A stretch of 64,000 nucleotides of DNA from Octopus vulgaris (GCA_951406725.2 OX597819.1:21018001-21082000); one strand, 5' to 3'. Positions 44,357 through 57,852 are shown, counted from the first letter of the stretch. Notes: a model not told the origin generated them from the letters alone. A program made the numbers and translations.

Positions 44357-44585
44357 CTTTATTTAAAGCAGCAGAAAATTCAACAAAACATGTTACTCTG
44401 AGTTTCGCGTTGCCGTTCATCGGACAGTTTTTCTAGCAAAAACTGACCGATGAACGGCAACGCGAAACTCAGAGTAACAGGTTTTGTTGAATTTTCTGCT
44501 GCTTTAAATAAAGCATATTACTCTACCACTGGTATTTGAGTACTCTTTCTTCCACCTTGTTTCACATTTATGTGTTTACTCCGGT
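44352..44585. mobile_element. Palindromic double-HHR element in (TA)n
   Basis: Near-perfect palindrome 44352-44518 centred near 44435, then a 67-bp tail. Confidence 0.9.
44391..44480. ncRNA. Divergent pair of minimal hammerhead motifs (C4 variant)
   Basis: Two-arm consensus ctgt CCGATGA a-cg-gcaa-cg-c GAAA ctc-a-gag TA acag; minus strand 44391-44427, plus strand 44443-44480. Confidence 0.75.
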
Positions 44586-45722
44586 ATATATTTATATATA
44601 ACGACTCAAGTAAAATAAGACCTCAAAGAGATCGCGACGGCAATCTAGATTCCACCTGCTCCTCTGTTTGTTAATTGATCTTTTTCAGCTCAAATGGGTT
44701 GGACGCCTACTATTACAACGTTGCTATTCTCAACCCATCACCATTCGCCGCATTTTTTCTTCGAATCGTCACGTAAGATGCTCACAGTCCTGAAGGATTT
44801 TACGTTGAGGTTAATATCTGACCACATATATGTTCTCTCTTCCATATTACCATATCTCAGCTAGAACTAGCTATGGGTCCATTTCACTTTCTACACAGCT
44901 ATGTGTAACTCCTGCAGTGTTCTATCACATGTACCGATGCAAACATTATGGAAAGATGCTTCGTGCACAATATCTGCTTAACTGAAAAAGAGGAAGACTG
45001 TTCCGCATTTCAGCTTTCTTCATGTCCAAGCCGTTAGAACAGTGTCTCCCTTAATTGGTCCTTCGAAGTAATAGTTTTGTGTTACAAAAGACATTTTCCC
45101 CTTAGTTGTTGGGCATTTCAGGCAACAAAAATGCAGTTCTTTTCTAAACACAGTTTTGCCATTGGCCGTTTTATCTGTTTATTGTCAAAGATTAGAGATG
45201 GAGGTAGCCGAGTTGAAATGAATGTCAGGTGCGTATTTCTTCGACAAACATGTGTTTCAGTGGAGAGTCAATATTATCGCGTATGTTATTATCGTTTTTA
45301 CGTCTCACAATCACCGGCAAACACTTTTTATGTAGCGACACAAAATTTTCCATTTCTAAAACATGGCTGTACAATCGCAAACAAGATTTATTTGAGTTAT
45401 TTTGCTTACCAATGGCAAAATAGTTTTCTTTCATACTTTAGGAAGCATTTCCTCGACTCGACGCCATTGGAAGAGAAATCGAAATAAAATAAAGTCCAAA
45501 ATGTCAGTAAAAGCTGCTGGTTTTGAGAAGGGATTTCAATGCAATAAAATATCACATATGTGTCTGGTAAACACTTTACGACACACAAACAATGAAACAA
45601 GGATCCGATTTTAAAAGCAATTCCTTAGAAACAGCAGTGATACAAAAGCTAATAGCAGGAACAAAATATCTCACGATTGAATTCACGGAAAGCAGCACCG
45701 GCTCTAGCAGCACCAGCAGCAG

Positions 45723-45930
45723 CCGTCCAGGAATTTGGAGCTGGAGATCTCCATTTCCAGCGACTTCGAGGGCCACTTTCCAGTAGTGTCGGGCGTCAAC
45801 GAAGAGCCCTCGACTACAAGACGACCAACGTTTTTTTTTTTTTCCAATGTCTGGTGTTTCCCGCCCCTAAGCCCTAGACCATCACCTAATCACTCTTACC
45901 CGTCTTGTTGCTTCACAACAACAACAGCAG
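45723..45930 (+). pseudogene. Diverged duplicate of the exon-like segment at 61.2 kb
   Basis: PSRNLELEISISSDFEGHFPVVSGVNEEPSTTRRP aligns to 61243-61350; the candidate donor is weakened to AAT|GTCTGG. Confidence 0.5.
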
Positions 45931-45954
45931 CATTTGCAGTAGTATTAATTAAAT

Positions 45955-46232
45955 ATAAGGAGTTGGAATTAAAGAGATGTCAGAAACATCTAGATAATTT
46001 CCCCGGAGAACCATGCCTGATAGAAATTCAAAAGAATGTGCTAAAGACTACTCCCCGTATCCTTAGAAGTACATGAAGATATTTCGCTACTGTCACTGCC
46101 ACTTCCCCTCCCCAAACTTCTAGTTAAACTATAATATCTCTTATCCTTCACTTGTCCTAGGACGCTGGGTGCGTCTCGACAAGTGATTGTCGCCTGCAGA
46201 TTAAAAGTAATTAATAATAATAATAATAATAA

Positions 46233-46235
<3 letters not shown>
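45955..46235 (+). mobile_element. REL-type LINE 3' end with (AAT)n tail
   Basis: KHLDNFPGEPCLIEIQKNVLKTTPRILR resembles the IQKxVLLGTARILR terminus. Confidence 0.65.
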
Positions 46236-46263
<28 letters not shown>

Positions 46264-46289
46264 AAGATCGTTTACCGAAAGGCTTTTGA

Positions 46290-46850
46290 TAGTATTCCCC
46301 AGTCATGGATCCTAGAAACATTAGCCATGAATAAGTGAATAGCAGTAGTTGTGTGAATCTAGTGGATCAAGTAATTAACTCCTTTCAGAATAAGTTCCAC
46401 CGATAGCACGACCCACAGAAATCGATTGTTTTTCTTTACCATTATGTAACAATACAGCTTTGAGGCTAACCTTACACGAGTCCATAAACAATTTTCATTC
46501 GTTAGCCACACGCACGTGTCCTTTTTTTTTTTTGCAGGAGTGCTTTAACGTCAGTACAGAAACAAGCATTATTTTCTTGCTTGAAAAATACAGATAAACC
46601 TTTATGGCGATAAGGGAAAATGGAAATTTTCGTAAATTGCTGTAGGAGGTTTTGTTGTTGTTGTAGTTTCGATCCCAAAACTTCTGCCCTCTCCTTTGAA
46701 AATGCTAGGTCCCTTGCTAAATCGTTAAAAAATTCTTGATTAAACAAACCTGATTCATTTTTCTTAGAATCAGCTTCGATAGGAGTCAGAGGGTTCATCG
46801 TGGCTCTCTTATAACAGTTAATAAAATCCATATCCAATTCCTAACTCCAA
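46290..46850 (-). mobile_element. Chapaev3-like (CMC) transposase relic
   Basis: FNDLARDLAFSKERAEVLGSKLQQQQNLL...CFCTDVKALL, then KLFMDSCKVSLKAVLLHNGK in another frame; family assignment is from recall. Confidence 0.65.
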
Positions 46851-47305
46851 GAAAGTAAGTTTTATAATTACGGTTTCTTCAGCTAGAAAGAATTCGTTTT
46901 ACCTTTTGAGCTGTTGTTTTCATTCTGTTCTTCGATTGTGTTGTTGTTGACGCTGTGTCCATCCATGTTGTTTGTAGAAACTCTCAACTTGGAAAATTCA
47001 AATTGAAATATCAGTCGACAATCACTACGGTCCTGAATCAAAGGCGCCCTCAGTTAATACCTTCGAAGATTAACCAGTTATTTAACAAGACTGATAGTTG
47101 TGGCTTCAAAGTTTGAGATATTATTCATTATTTTTTCGATAGTCTCCCGAATCAAATACACGATTTGTTGCATCGAGTCATTAATGTATGTATGTATGTA
47201 TGTAAGTATGTATGTATGTACGTACGTACGTATGTATGTAATGATGTAGCAATGTTTATTTTTATGTGAAGCTGTACATAGAAACAATTTTTAGAATAAA
47301 GATAA

Positions 47306-47537
47306 GGCGGCGAGCTGGCAGAAACGATAGCATGGCGGGTGAAATGCGTAGCCGTATTTCGTCTGCTGCTACGTTCTAAGTTCAAATTCCGTCGAGGTCG
47401 ACTTTGCTTTCCATCCTTTCGGGGTCGATTAAATAAGTACCAGTTACGACTTAAATAAGTACCATAATCGACTTAGTCCGTTTGTCTGTCCTTGTTTGTC
47501 CCCCCTGTGTGTAACCCCTTGTGGGCAATAAAGAATA
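47306..47537 (+). mobile_element. SINE family B, full length with TSD of about 21 bp
   Basis: ggcggcgagctggcagaaacg...gttcaaattcc...catcctttcggggtcgat; agaaacaattt(t)tagaataaag flanks both sides. Confidence 0.9.
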
Positions 47538-48068
47538 AGAAACAATTTTAGAATAAAGTGATAGATTATACAATAATTCTTAGAACACACATTTACGTGG
47601 CTGTCATGGTCAATCTTTTCCTTGTGAAACTATGTACATGCATACATATATATACAAGTAATAAGAGAGAGACCACATGTGGTCACTCTAACGCTAGAAA
47701 TAGATCCGCAAAGGGAATCAACCACTAAAGAATTGTTCTCAAGCATTAATTCAACACGCCAAGAATGGTAAGCGGGCAGGATAAGTGAAAAATAACGAAA
47801 AAATAGATTAACTATATACAATTGTTTCATCGTTAATAGATTGTGTAATTTTACTTACATAATCATTTTCGAATCCTCAGTAGAGTATATCAAAAATATA
47901 ATTTGCTGAACCGAACGCCAAAATCCATACGAAGCCGAGCAAAGGCGAACGGCACAGCCGATTATATTTGCAGTTACGTTCAAATATCCTCATTTATGGC
48001 GCGTTGAAAATACCGGATGTAAATACTACCCCAGTAATTTACTGCCGGTTTGAGAACCCTTATTGTGA

Positions 48069-48111
<43 letters not shown>

Positions 48112-48526
48112 TGCATGCACACTGAATTGTTACGTAAACTTCTGGAATAAATTTCCTTATATAACAATACAAAATGGTTTTAGTGTTTATAAACTGGCAA
48201 TCAATATCTGACCAGTTGCATTGGAAAGGTCGAGTGTGAAGAACATTTATTTAAAACACTCTACTTTAGTGAATTTTGCGAAAGAAATACTGTTAAGAAT
48301 TCGTCGAACATGAAGAAAAGGCCTAATTTCTGATTTATTTCTTCAAAGAAAATAAACGATCAGCAATATGTCGGTTTCCTTCAGAACTTCAAAAGAGGAA
48401 ATATTGAATGATCGACAAATATGCAGTTTTCTACTAATAATATTAGTAGTAGTAGTGATGGTGACGGCGGTGGACGTGATGGTTGTCGTTGTGGAGGTTG
48501 TGTCGAAACTAGTAATATTAGTGCAT

Positions 48527-48583
<57 letters not shown>

Positions 48584-49044
48584 ATCGTCTTCCAGTTTAC
48601 TAGAGGTAATATTTTAATCGGCAGGTCGGCGTTGAACGACTAAACATTCCAATTATTGGCTTTCCCCAACTCTCAATGTGTTCTGCTTGTTTTTGTTGTT
48701 TTGTATTTGGTCTTCATCCTTCTCCGCATAAGATACATCGATAATTACGTCAAAGATCTTCGCATGTGCCATTTAATATTTGAAATTTTTCGGTTTGATT
48801 CGAGAAAAATTTAGCTATTATATCAAAGCAGGTGGAATACCGAGGTACACAAGCAAAGCTTTAACAGGGGAGAATTAGATTTTGTTCGGCATCACAAACC
48901 TTTTTGCTCAAACTTAAATTCGTAATCCAGGTATTTTAAGGTTAAGCCTTCAACTCAAGCGTTTGGTGCAATATACTTGGTTAAAGGCCTTTCAACATTT
49001 AACCAAGTATAAATTATTAATTATAACAATTTTCTTCCGTCTTT

Positions 49045-49195
49045 GCGACAGAATACTTAGCAGGACGTACACAATGTTTAGCGGCATTTGGCTCTTTTCT
49101 ACGTTCTGTGTTCAAAATTCGCAGAGGTCAGCTTTGCTTTGATCCCCTCGGAATCAATAAAATAAGTACCAGTTGAAGACTGGGATCGATGTATG
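49045..49195 (+). mobile_element. Degenerate SINE family B
   Basis: tacgttctgtgttcaaaattcgcagaggtc...aataagtaccagttg. Confidence 0.7.
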
Positions 49196-49646
49196 CATGT
49201 ATATAAATCTGTGTGTGTGTGTGTGTGTGTATGTGTATGCACGCATGGATGCTTGTAAGTATATGTATACAGACACGTTAATGAGGTATGTGTATATATA
49301 GTTATACTATAAAGTAAAATTCATATAAATTCTTCATCATCTTATATAAATCTTTTTACAAAGAATAATTTGTCATAGAAATCCTGGTATTGTCATATTT
49401 GTTACTATCTCTGTCAAAGACTTAAGAATACTAAGAAGTCTTTCTCAACCGTGTACTTGTAGAGGTATACGTATATACAGATACACTCATACACACATAT
49501 AAATACAAATGTAATGTATGTATTTATCATATATGCATATATGTATATATATATATATATGTATACACGCACACATACATATATATATATATATACACAT
49601 ATATATGTATATACACACATACATACATACATACATACATACAAAC

Positions 49647-49686
<40 letters not shown>

Positions 49687-49770
49687 CAAATATAAGTGTT
49701 TCCTATAACCCACGTCATATTTAGCGATAGTTACAATTCTCCTTTTGGTGAAACATTATAAACTATTGTT

Positions 49771-49830
<60 letters not shown>

Positions 49831-49932
49831 GGAATATAATAAGTACTAATAATACTGATTTAATTAATAACAATAATAACACAAATAATAAATTCTACCA
49901 ACCGAACTTGCAATCAACATTTTTTAGACCAA

Positions 49933-52220
49933 GTGGAGAGAAATGAGGGCACACGTTGGAACGTACAGGAGAAACCCAAAGTCATTAACTTATCAAAGAA
50001 AACTCTATCCATAACAAAAATCAATATACTAGCCAATGGTTTAAAGTTCACCCCAACCCCACGAAGAGCTAATCACAATGAAATTAAAGACAATATTTCA
50101 GAATTCTGCAGAAAACTACGACTCGCAGAAGCACTAACTGACTACGAGAACGATGATGAATCACTAGTCAAAAACAGAAGTAATTACCTCCCACATAAGG
50201 GTAGGAATAAAACACTGGATGACTACTGCAACCATATCCAAAATTTCCCCTACACATCCATTAAACGAAAAATTAATCCTAACCACAGCAATCTAGAATG
50301 GAAAAATCTGACTGAACTTAAAAACGACACAGACCTGACAATTAAAGACGCTGACAAAGGAAGTGCTGTAGTTCTGATGAACACTATAAAAAAACTAGTA
50401 CTTTCCATATTAGAAAACGAGGCCTTCTACGAAAAAATTATAAACTATAAACAACAAAAACCATGAAAAATCTTGCATCCTTAATTCTTCAACATGGAAA
50501 AGGCCTGACAGAAAAAGAAACAGACTAAATCACGAACTTCAAATGTAAACCCAGACTTTTTATGGCCTCCCTAAATTACACAAGAGCAAGATAATCAATG
50601 AAGCCTGCAAACAATCACCAGGCAAATATATAAACATCCAAACGCCAGAAGACTTGACTTTAAGACCCATTGCAGCTGGGCCAGCCTGTGAAACCTACCG
50701 ACTGAGCAATTTTCTACACATCCTACTGAAACCCTTGCTGAAATACATCAAAAGCTTTATTAGGGATGATTTAGACATGTTAGAACACCTACCAAAAACG
50801 ATTAATGAAGAGGCAGTATTTGTCACCCTCGATGTTATCAATCGTTACACCAACATCCCTCATGACTATGGAATAAAAGCAATTAAATTCTGGTTGAAAA
50901 AGTACCCCGAAGTCCTCCCGGAACGCATAAGCCAGATCTTTATTATTGAATCCTTAACATTTATACTTCAGAACAATTATTTCCTATTTGATGACACATA
51001 ATATCATCAGAAATGCGGAATTGCGATGGGGACGAAAGCAGCTCCTGTTCTTGCGAACCTAATAATGGGTTATTTTGAATGAATTCACCTTATATGAAGT
51101 ATCATTTCAGAAATATGGTTACCCATTTTACCTTTACATAACAGAAAATTGGAAGCGATACCTGGATGACTGTTTTATCATCTGGAAGAAGAACATCGAC
51201 AAATTTTTGGATTTCAAAACAACACTAAATGACATAAATAGTAACATTCAATTCACAATGGAATATAATAAAGAAAAACTTCCATTTTTAGACATCATGA
51301 TAAAAAAAGTCAACGATGAAATCATAACTGACATTTATTATGAACCAACTAACTCAAAACAATATCTTCTGTTTAACTCATGCAACCCGAAACACATAAA
51401 ATTAAACATCCCTTTTAACTTAGCAAAAAGGATCTGCACAATAGTGTCTGATAGAACAACTCGGGACCTTCGTCTTCAAGACCTCAAAACATCACTTATT
51501 GAAAGACAATATCCACCCTCTCTTATCGACGAGGGAATTAAACGTGCCAAACAATTAGACAGAAAATCACTAAGAACAAAAAAACATAGCACCACACCTC
51601 AAACCAAAACATTACTATTTATATCAACACATAACCCCAGAAACAGTGATGCATTCAACACTATTGTGCAAACTCTTCCTTTACTAACTAGATATCCAAA
51701 AATGAACGACATCCTGAAAACACACAAACTCATCAAATGCAAAAAACAAGATAAATCGCTAAAGAGACTACTAACAAATGCGAAGCTTTACAAAACAGCC
51801 ACGAAACCAACGGTTGAAAAGTGTGGACGCCCGAACTGTGGAACCTGCCCCAACCTGCTTGAAGGCTCGGATTTCCTTTTCAAACAAGGACAGAGGTTCA
51901 CAATTAAAACTAGTTTCATCTGTGCCTATGAGAATCTAATTTATGTAATAACCTGCTCGGGTTGCAGTCATCAGTACATTGGACAAACGAGTTTAACTTT
52001 GAGGAAGAGAATCACTCTACATAAGGAGCAAATCCGTTTCCCGCAATACAGACAAATTCCTCTTAGTGAACACATAGAAAAAAGTGCAGGTAACATCAAA
52101 CCAAATTTTACAGTCTTCCCTTTCTACCAGTACAAAGACACAATCTCTCAACTAGAACGCTTAAATAAAGAAACTTTTTTCATCGAAAAATATAAAACGC
52201 GTCTTAATAAGCACGCATAA
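49933..52220 (+). pseudogene. PLE reverse transcriptase / GIY-YIG endonuclease, disrupted
   Basis: VINLS, GLKFTPTP, IKDADKGSAVV, LRPI, TLDVINRYTNIPH, GIAMGTKAAPVLANL, WKRYLDDCF, LPFLDI, CGRPNCGTC, NLIYVITCSGCSHQYIGQT; several stops and frameshifts. Confidence 0.95.
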
Positions 52221-52497
52221 CCACCTTTTATATTTTTACATATTACATCACTGTACATAAATCCCCTACTAAACAAGGTTCCTTTTTTAAACTTGTCTCC
52301 TTTCTGTACACATATTTATTCCCCACCCAAAACCTAAACAGTTATCTCCCTTACACACAACAATAACAATAATAACAACCAATTACCTTCCTTTACTTGT
52401 CAACTTGTAAAATCATTCACTCGTGAATTTCATTACAAACAACATGGACCAATTTTCTTCTTAAGAAAAAATATATATTCATATAAATTAAACATTA

Positions 52498-52530
52498 TAT
52501 CATGAATAGCGATGGCGAAACCGGTCGATA
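52498..52530 (+). ncRNA. Minimal hammerhead motif, A3:U8 core variant
   Basis: tatc ATGAATA gc-gatg-gc GAAA ccgg TC gata; perfect stems I and II, palindromic ACCGGT, GUC triplet; about 280 bp downstream of the PLE stop. Confidence 0.85.
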
Positions 52531-52647
52531 CATTAAAAATTATATTATAACCATGTAAGTGTCCGTATTTTCCTATGTTAATTTCTTATATGTATTACAA
52601 TCCACCACGTGGGGACAACCAAAATTCCTCTTTTTTGTTACTACTAC

Positions 52648-52704
<57 letters not shown>

Positions 52705-52785
52705 CGAATTGCTAAACCATTCAATAATCTGGATCATGAAAAGAAAACGAAGCGGGTCCTGAAAGAGCCGAACAAGGCGTCGCGC

Positions 52786-52833
52786 TAAACTGATGAAGTA
52801 AAAGATGCTGTCGAAACTGACGTCAGTATTAAG
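52786..52833 (+). ncRNA. Hammerhead motif with long palindromic stem III
   Basis: taaa CTGATGA agtaaaagatgctgtc GAAA ctgacgtcag TA ttaag; stems I and II are weak. Confidence 0.6.
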
Positions 52834-53961
52834 AATTCTCGATTGGCATTTATCGGACAATTATGGTCCTTGTTAGTGTATATGTTTTCATTCATGTGCG
52901 TTTACTACAGCATTAGAACGGTTTAGCTCTTATTTCTAGTAATGTAGGTGTTTGCTACCTCCCTAACTATATTTAGTGACAATTATATGTAAATGTGAAG
53001 AGCGACGAGGTGAGAGAGTGAAGCAAATGGAAGAAGTGAGGGAGAGAAACGTAAGTTTACATGCAATTATGTTGAACTGTATTAATAAATTGCTGCTATT
53101 TTATATTAATATATTAATTTCTGTAGCATCAACTTAGAAATAATGGCTGATTTGTTCATAGAATGTCCATCTTATTTGCCATCGATTGAAGTGTCTCACA
53201 TACACAGACTAAAGAAAAAGCACACAGATTTACATACACACACACACACACACGTACGTAGATACACACACTCCCGCATACAAGCAAATACACACACACG
53301 TACGTAGACACATACTCTTTTCTGTCTACTGTTTCTCCGCTCCCGCCTCTTTTTCCGTTTTGTACACACACGTAGTTTACAGATACAAATTATCACGCGT
53401 CTTCAACCGATTCTTCTTCTATATCTTTCTGCCTGTCTTCCTGCTTCTTTGTTTGTTTGTGCGTGTGTGTGTGTGTGTGTGTCTCTCTCTCTCTCTCACT
53501 CTTCGTTCTTCTTATTCCCAAGCTCTTGTATGTTCTTTATGTCTTCCACTGTCTCTTTGTCTTTTTTCCCTCTTAATCTCTCTAACATACACACAATATG
53601 ATGCTATCGAATAGAAACGAAAAACTGCAACATGCACAACCACACATTCAAACGCAAGCAATAGTAACAACGCCAACGCGCACTTTCTTTCACAGCTACA
53701 TATTACTACACACACATACGCACATTATGATACACCACACAAACGTGTAGCAAATCATACACACACACACACACACACACACACGTGTACACATTACCCA
53801 ACATACTCTCATACGTACACAACTATGTCACCATAGTTCCAGTTTTTCCATTAAGCTATCAAAATTCAAAATTATTTCTGCCAGACATTAAGAAATTTCC
53901 GAACGACGACTACTGCTGCCGCCGTTGTTGTATTTATTGCTTTTGTGATTATTATTATTAT

Positions 53962-54017
<56 letters not shown>

Positions 54018-54350
54018 TATTCTTAATCTGCGTTTCTTGTTGAAAATAATACAACTCATTTAGCCCGAGGTGGACGCTTGGAAACTAATGCTCAAATTAT
54101 GCAGCTAAAAAGCACAGAAAAAGTATATTTTGACTGTTGTAATCGATTTGTGATTGTGTTTGGAATTCGATTACAACGTCTTTTATGTATGTATATATAT
54201 ATATATATATATATAATGAAAAATTCAAGAAATAAACAAATTTTAAAAAATGGAGAGAAACAGAGAGGAGGTAAAGTCATTTGAAGGAAGCAGTGTAAAT
54301 GATAATTAGAGTCACCAAAAGTAAATAACCAATTAGTATATAAGCGCGCG

Positions 54351-54400
<50 letters not shown>

Positions 54401-54529
54401 AATACATATAAAACACATCAAATATTGGACAGCACCAGCGAGTGAAAAATGCAGACGAGAGATAAGTACGGGACAAATTACCAACATAAATGTATGTATG
54501 TATATATAATGATAATAATAAAGGATAAG

Positions 54530-54758
54530 ATAAATTAATTAATTAATGATTAATAATTTTACCAAGTAACTCATTGTGTTGAAAGAACAATTATCGGTAA
54601 ACTGATATAACAATTCTATAATTATGAGTGTAATTATAATTAGGGTTCAGCAAAAATTTGCTTCACCACATACCGAAATTTAGAAATAGCAGTTAAAAGT
54701 AACTGTTTCACTACTATAAGAAAATCTTCCAGACAGCAATTATAAATACACTCATAGA

Positions 54759-54760
<2 letters not shown>
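54530..54760. mobile_element. Diverged relative of the 28-kb PLE terminal repeat
   Basis: taattttaccaagta...taattagggttcagcaaaa...acataccgaaatttagaaatagcag aligns to 28090-28290. Confidence 0.6.
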
Positions 54761-54789
<29 letters not shown>

Positions 54790-54844
54790 CATGTATGTAT
54801 GTATGCATACACACACTCGTGTATATATATATATATATATATAT

Positions 54845-55120
54845 AGTGGTCGTATACCGTCAACTCAATGTGACAGCACCGTAAGGGAATTACACCACCG
54901 CCATTTAACCCTAGGAAACATCGACGTCTCCTGTCGGCTTTAGAAATTCTCGAAACATATCTAATGGGGCACAGAGAGTATGTCAATAGCCAGCTTGAGG
55001 AGATGTCTTCCTGGGGCTACAAGCTACAGTAGCATCCACCCTTAGTGGTTAGCCACATTTATGTGACAAATATACTTCACGATGCCGTGCAGCTACTGTT
55101 CATACCTCGCTCAGAGACTT
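54845..55120 (+). mobile_element. Single-arm copy of the 39.3-kb element family
   Basis: caatagccagcttgaggagatgtcttcctggggctacaagcta...atacctcgctcaga matches 39570-39690. Confidence 0.75.
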
Positions 55121-55331
55121 ATATATATTCATTTATTCTTCTAGACTTTTCAGACATAAGGCGGTGTTGTTGCTGAAGATGTTTCTCACAAATACACACC
55201 CATTCAAATGAGAGCACCCTACATATATTACTGGTTTCCGACTTAAATACTTTATCATCATATTTCAGTGTTGCCATCTCGCCCCCTTAAATACCTTCCA
55301 TTTCTTATGTTACTCTACGAATTAGAATACC

Positions 55332-55563
55332 TATTTCTTTACTACCCACAAGGTGCTAAACACAGAGGGCTCGAACAAGGACAGACAAACGGATTAAGTC
55401 GATTATATCGACCCCAGTGTGTAACTGGTACTTATTTAATCGACCTCGAAAGGATGAAAGGCAAAGTCGACCTCGGCGGAATTTGAACTCAGAACGTAGC
55501 GGCTGACGAAATACGGCTACGCATTTCGCCCGGCGTGCTAACGTTTCTGCCAGCTCGCCGCCT
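55332..55563 (-). mobile_element. SINE family B, full length with 10-bp TSD
   Basis: Reverse complement of 63026-63256; ttagaatacc at 55322 and 55568. Confidence 0.9.
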
Positions 55564-55886
55564 TGAGTTAGAATACCCATTGGCTCTGTCATTTAAGCAT
55601 CACCTTCTTTGTTCATGCATGAGATACATTTGCATTCCATTTTGGTTTCTAATAGCATCAATATTTTCTTCTATTCTTTAAACATATCCATATTTGCATT
55701 TTCTACTCATTATTAAGTACATATTTACCAACAGAGTTTTATATTTGGATTGGCACGCTTTATGATAGAATTTCTGTCTGTAATCAAATAATATTTCCTG
55801 ACTAAGTACACATTCTGTTTTATTTTTTATGGCATTTGCATCAATATCAAAGCATCTATATTTGCTTAGAAGAGCTTATGGGTGTA

Positions 55887-55988
<102 letters not shown>

Positions 55989-56513
55989 CATAGATACATA
56001 GATAGATAGAAAGATGTATATGGCTGTTTATGTATATTTATAGTATATTTATATGCGCGTATCTCCTTGTATTTATGGATCAATACATATACATTCATGC
56101 ATACACACACACATATACAGGTGTATGTATGTATGTATGTATGTATGTATGTATGTATGTATGAAGGAAATGTAATGTAAATTACCTTATATATCCGTCG
56201 GAAGTTTTCAAATGAAACCAATTTAATTTAGAAACTACGAAGGAGCTATAAAGTGATGCGCAATCACACATGTCTGAACGCATTGCATCTAATAGCAGAA
56301 ACAGCTGCAAGCTAATGCAGTTGATTCCTGCTTCCCTATCATTTATTTAATCTCTTATTACACTCGGTATTCGTCTGACGCTTCATTCTTAGACGTATAT
56401 ACTGGGTTCTACACCAGCTTATACCGCTATGCCTTAGCATAATCACAAACTCACACGTAGATAAATAGATTTGTATGTATCTATAGTACACGTGCACGCA
56501 CATATATTGGTGC

Positions 56514-56569
<56 letters not shown>

Positions 56570-56571
<2 letters not shown>

Positions 56572-57442
56572 TAGAGAAGAACCACTATGTAGCATTTCAA
56601 CAATGAAATAATGATATAATTAAATTATACCACATAGAAAACATTAAATATACGATAAAACATATACTACTAATTGAGTAAAGTACAAAATAATAAATAA
56701 ATGGCATATAATTGGTAAAAAGACTACACGTGTTTCGTGGCTATATTTTTAAACTGATAACAGTAAAATCAATTCAATTTAAATATAGTCACTCTTTATG
56801 TCCATGATAAAAAGAATAAAATATACAAATAAGTAAGAAAATATAAATATATTTAAAAATACGTAATTTTACAATAAAATTCAAAAATGCTGTATCTGCC
56901 GCGTGAGCTTATATACTATCACCCACATAATCAAGTGCTGCCTTAAAATACCTGCAAGATACTCCCGTGAGATATATCATTGTTTCCAAAAACACACTTA
57001 CGATGCAATCCACAGGAGCATATTTTTCTCATCGCAATATAAGCAACACACTAGAATAAGAAGTTATTCACACTTTTAAAAATTGACATCAATTGATACA
57101 CCATACTAGAAGAAGCAGCACAAGCCAGATGTTTTCGTATGGGACAGAGAACAGATATTATGCCGTAAAGTAGAGATCAACAAGCCAATCGATGTAGATG
57201 CGTAAAAAAATAAATATACAATGGAAAAATATCTATTGAGAACTAATGAAGAACTTACTGCGCTTAGTATCCTAGTCGTAAATTTTCATTTTTACCAATT
57301 ATTTTAAATGAAACAACGAATTTCCATGAAACCCAAAATGATTCGCATTCTGAAAATAAATTCGATTAGCAGAACAGTGAAAACTACTAAAACATTCTTC
57401 GGATTCTTGGTTTGAGGTTTATTTGTGAATATTTTCTCACTG

Positions 57443-57445
<3 letters not shown>
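56570..57445. mobile_element. PLE-derived fragment with decayed HHR on the minus strand (56721-56803)
   Basis: ggac ATAAAGA gtgactatattt...aaatatagccac GAAA cacgtg TA gtct; flanked by (TA)n. Confidence 0.6.
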
Positions 57446-57500
<55 letters not shown>

Positions 57501-57503
<3 letters not shown>

Positions 57504-57850
57504 GAAATGAAGAAAATGCTGACAAAATAATTTTAGTAAGGGGGAGTGTATTTAATTAGGTGAAAGTTCTTTTTACCGGTTGCGCATTTGTTATGCTTAT
57601 CAAAAATATTGTCTTAAGAGAGATAGAGTTCCTTTCTGATAGATTTTTTTTCTCTTACAAGAGAAAAAAATCTATCAGAAAGGAACTCTATCTCTCTTAA
57701 AAAATATCTTTTGATAAGCATAACAAATGCGCAACCGGTATAAAGAACTTTCACCTAATTAAATACACTCTCCCTTACTTAAATTATTTTGTCAGCATTT
57801 ATTTTATTTCCTTTTTTTATATATCACAACTCGTGTTCCACATCTCCTTT
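57501..57850. mobile_element. 313-bp near-perfect palindrome with inverted HHR-like pair and tail
   Basis: Arms 57501-57656 / 57659-57813; (TA)n on both sides. Confidence 0.9.
57569..57745. ncRNA. Pair of hammerhead-like motifs, U3:A8 plus C13 variant
   Basis: TTGATAA gcat-aacaa-atgc GCAA ccgg TA in both arms (minus 57569-57606 with ttt/aaa stem I; plus 57707-57745). Confidence 0.65.
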
Positions 57851-57852
57851 TT

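Larger units (their letters stand above)
49829..52650 (+). mobile_element. Penelope-like retroelement (Neptune-type), 5'-truncated, in (TA)n
   Basis: RT + GIY-YIG ORF followed by a 3' terminal repeat with an HHR; (TA)n on both sides. Confidence 0.95.

Noticed and set aside
47922-47960. catacga-agcc-gagcaaa-ggc-gaac, a possible decayed HHR
   Set aside because: Both core halves deviate and stems I and III are absent.
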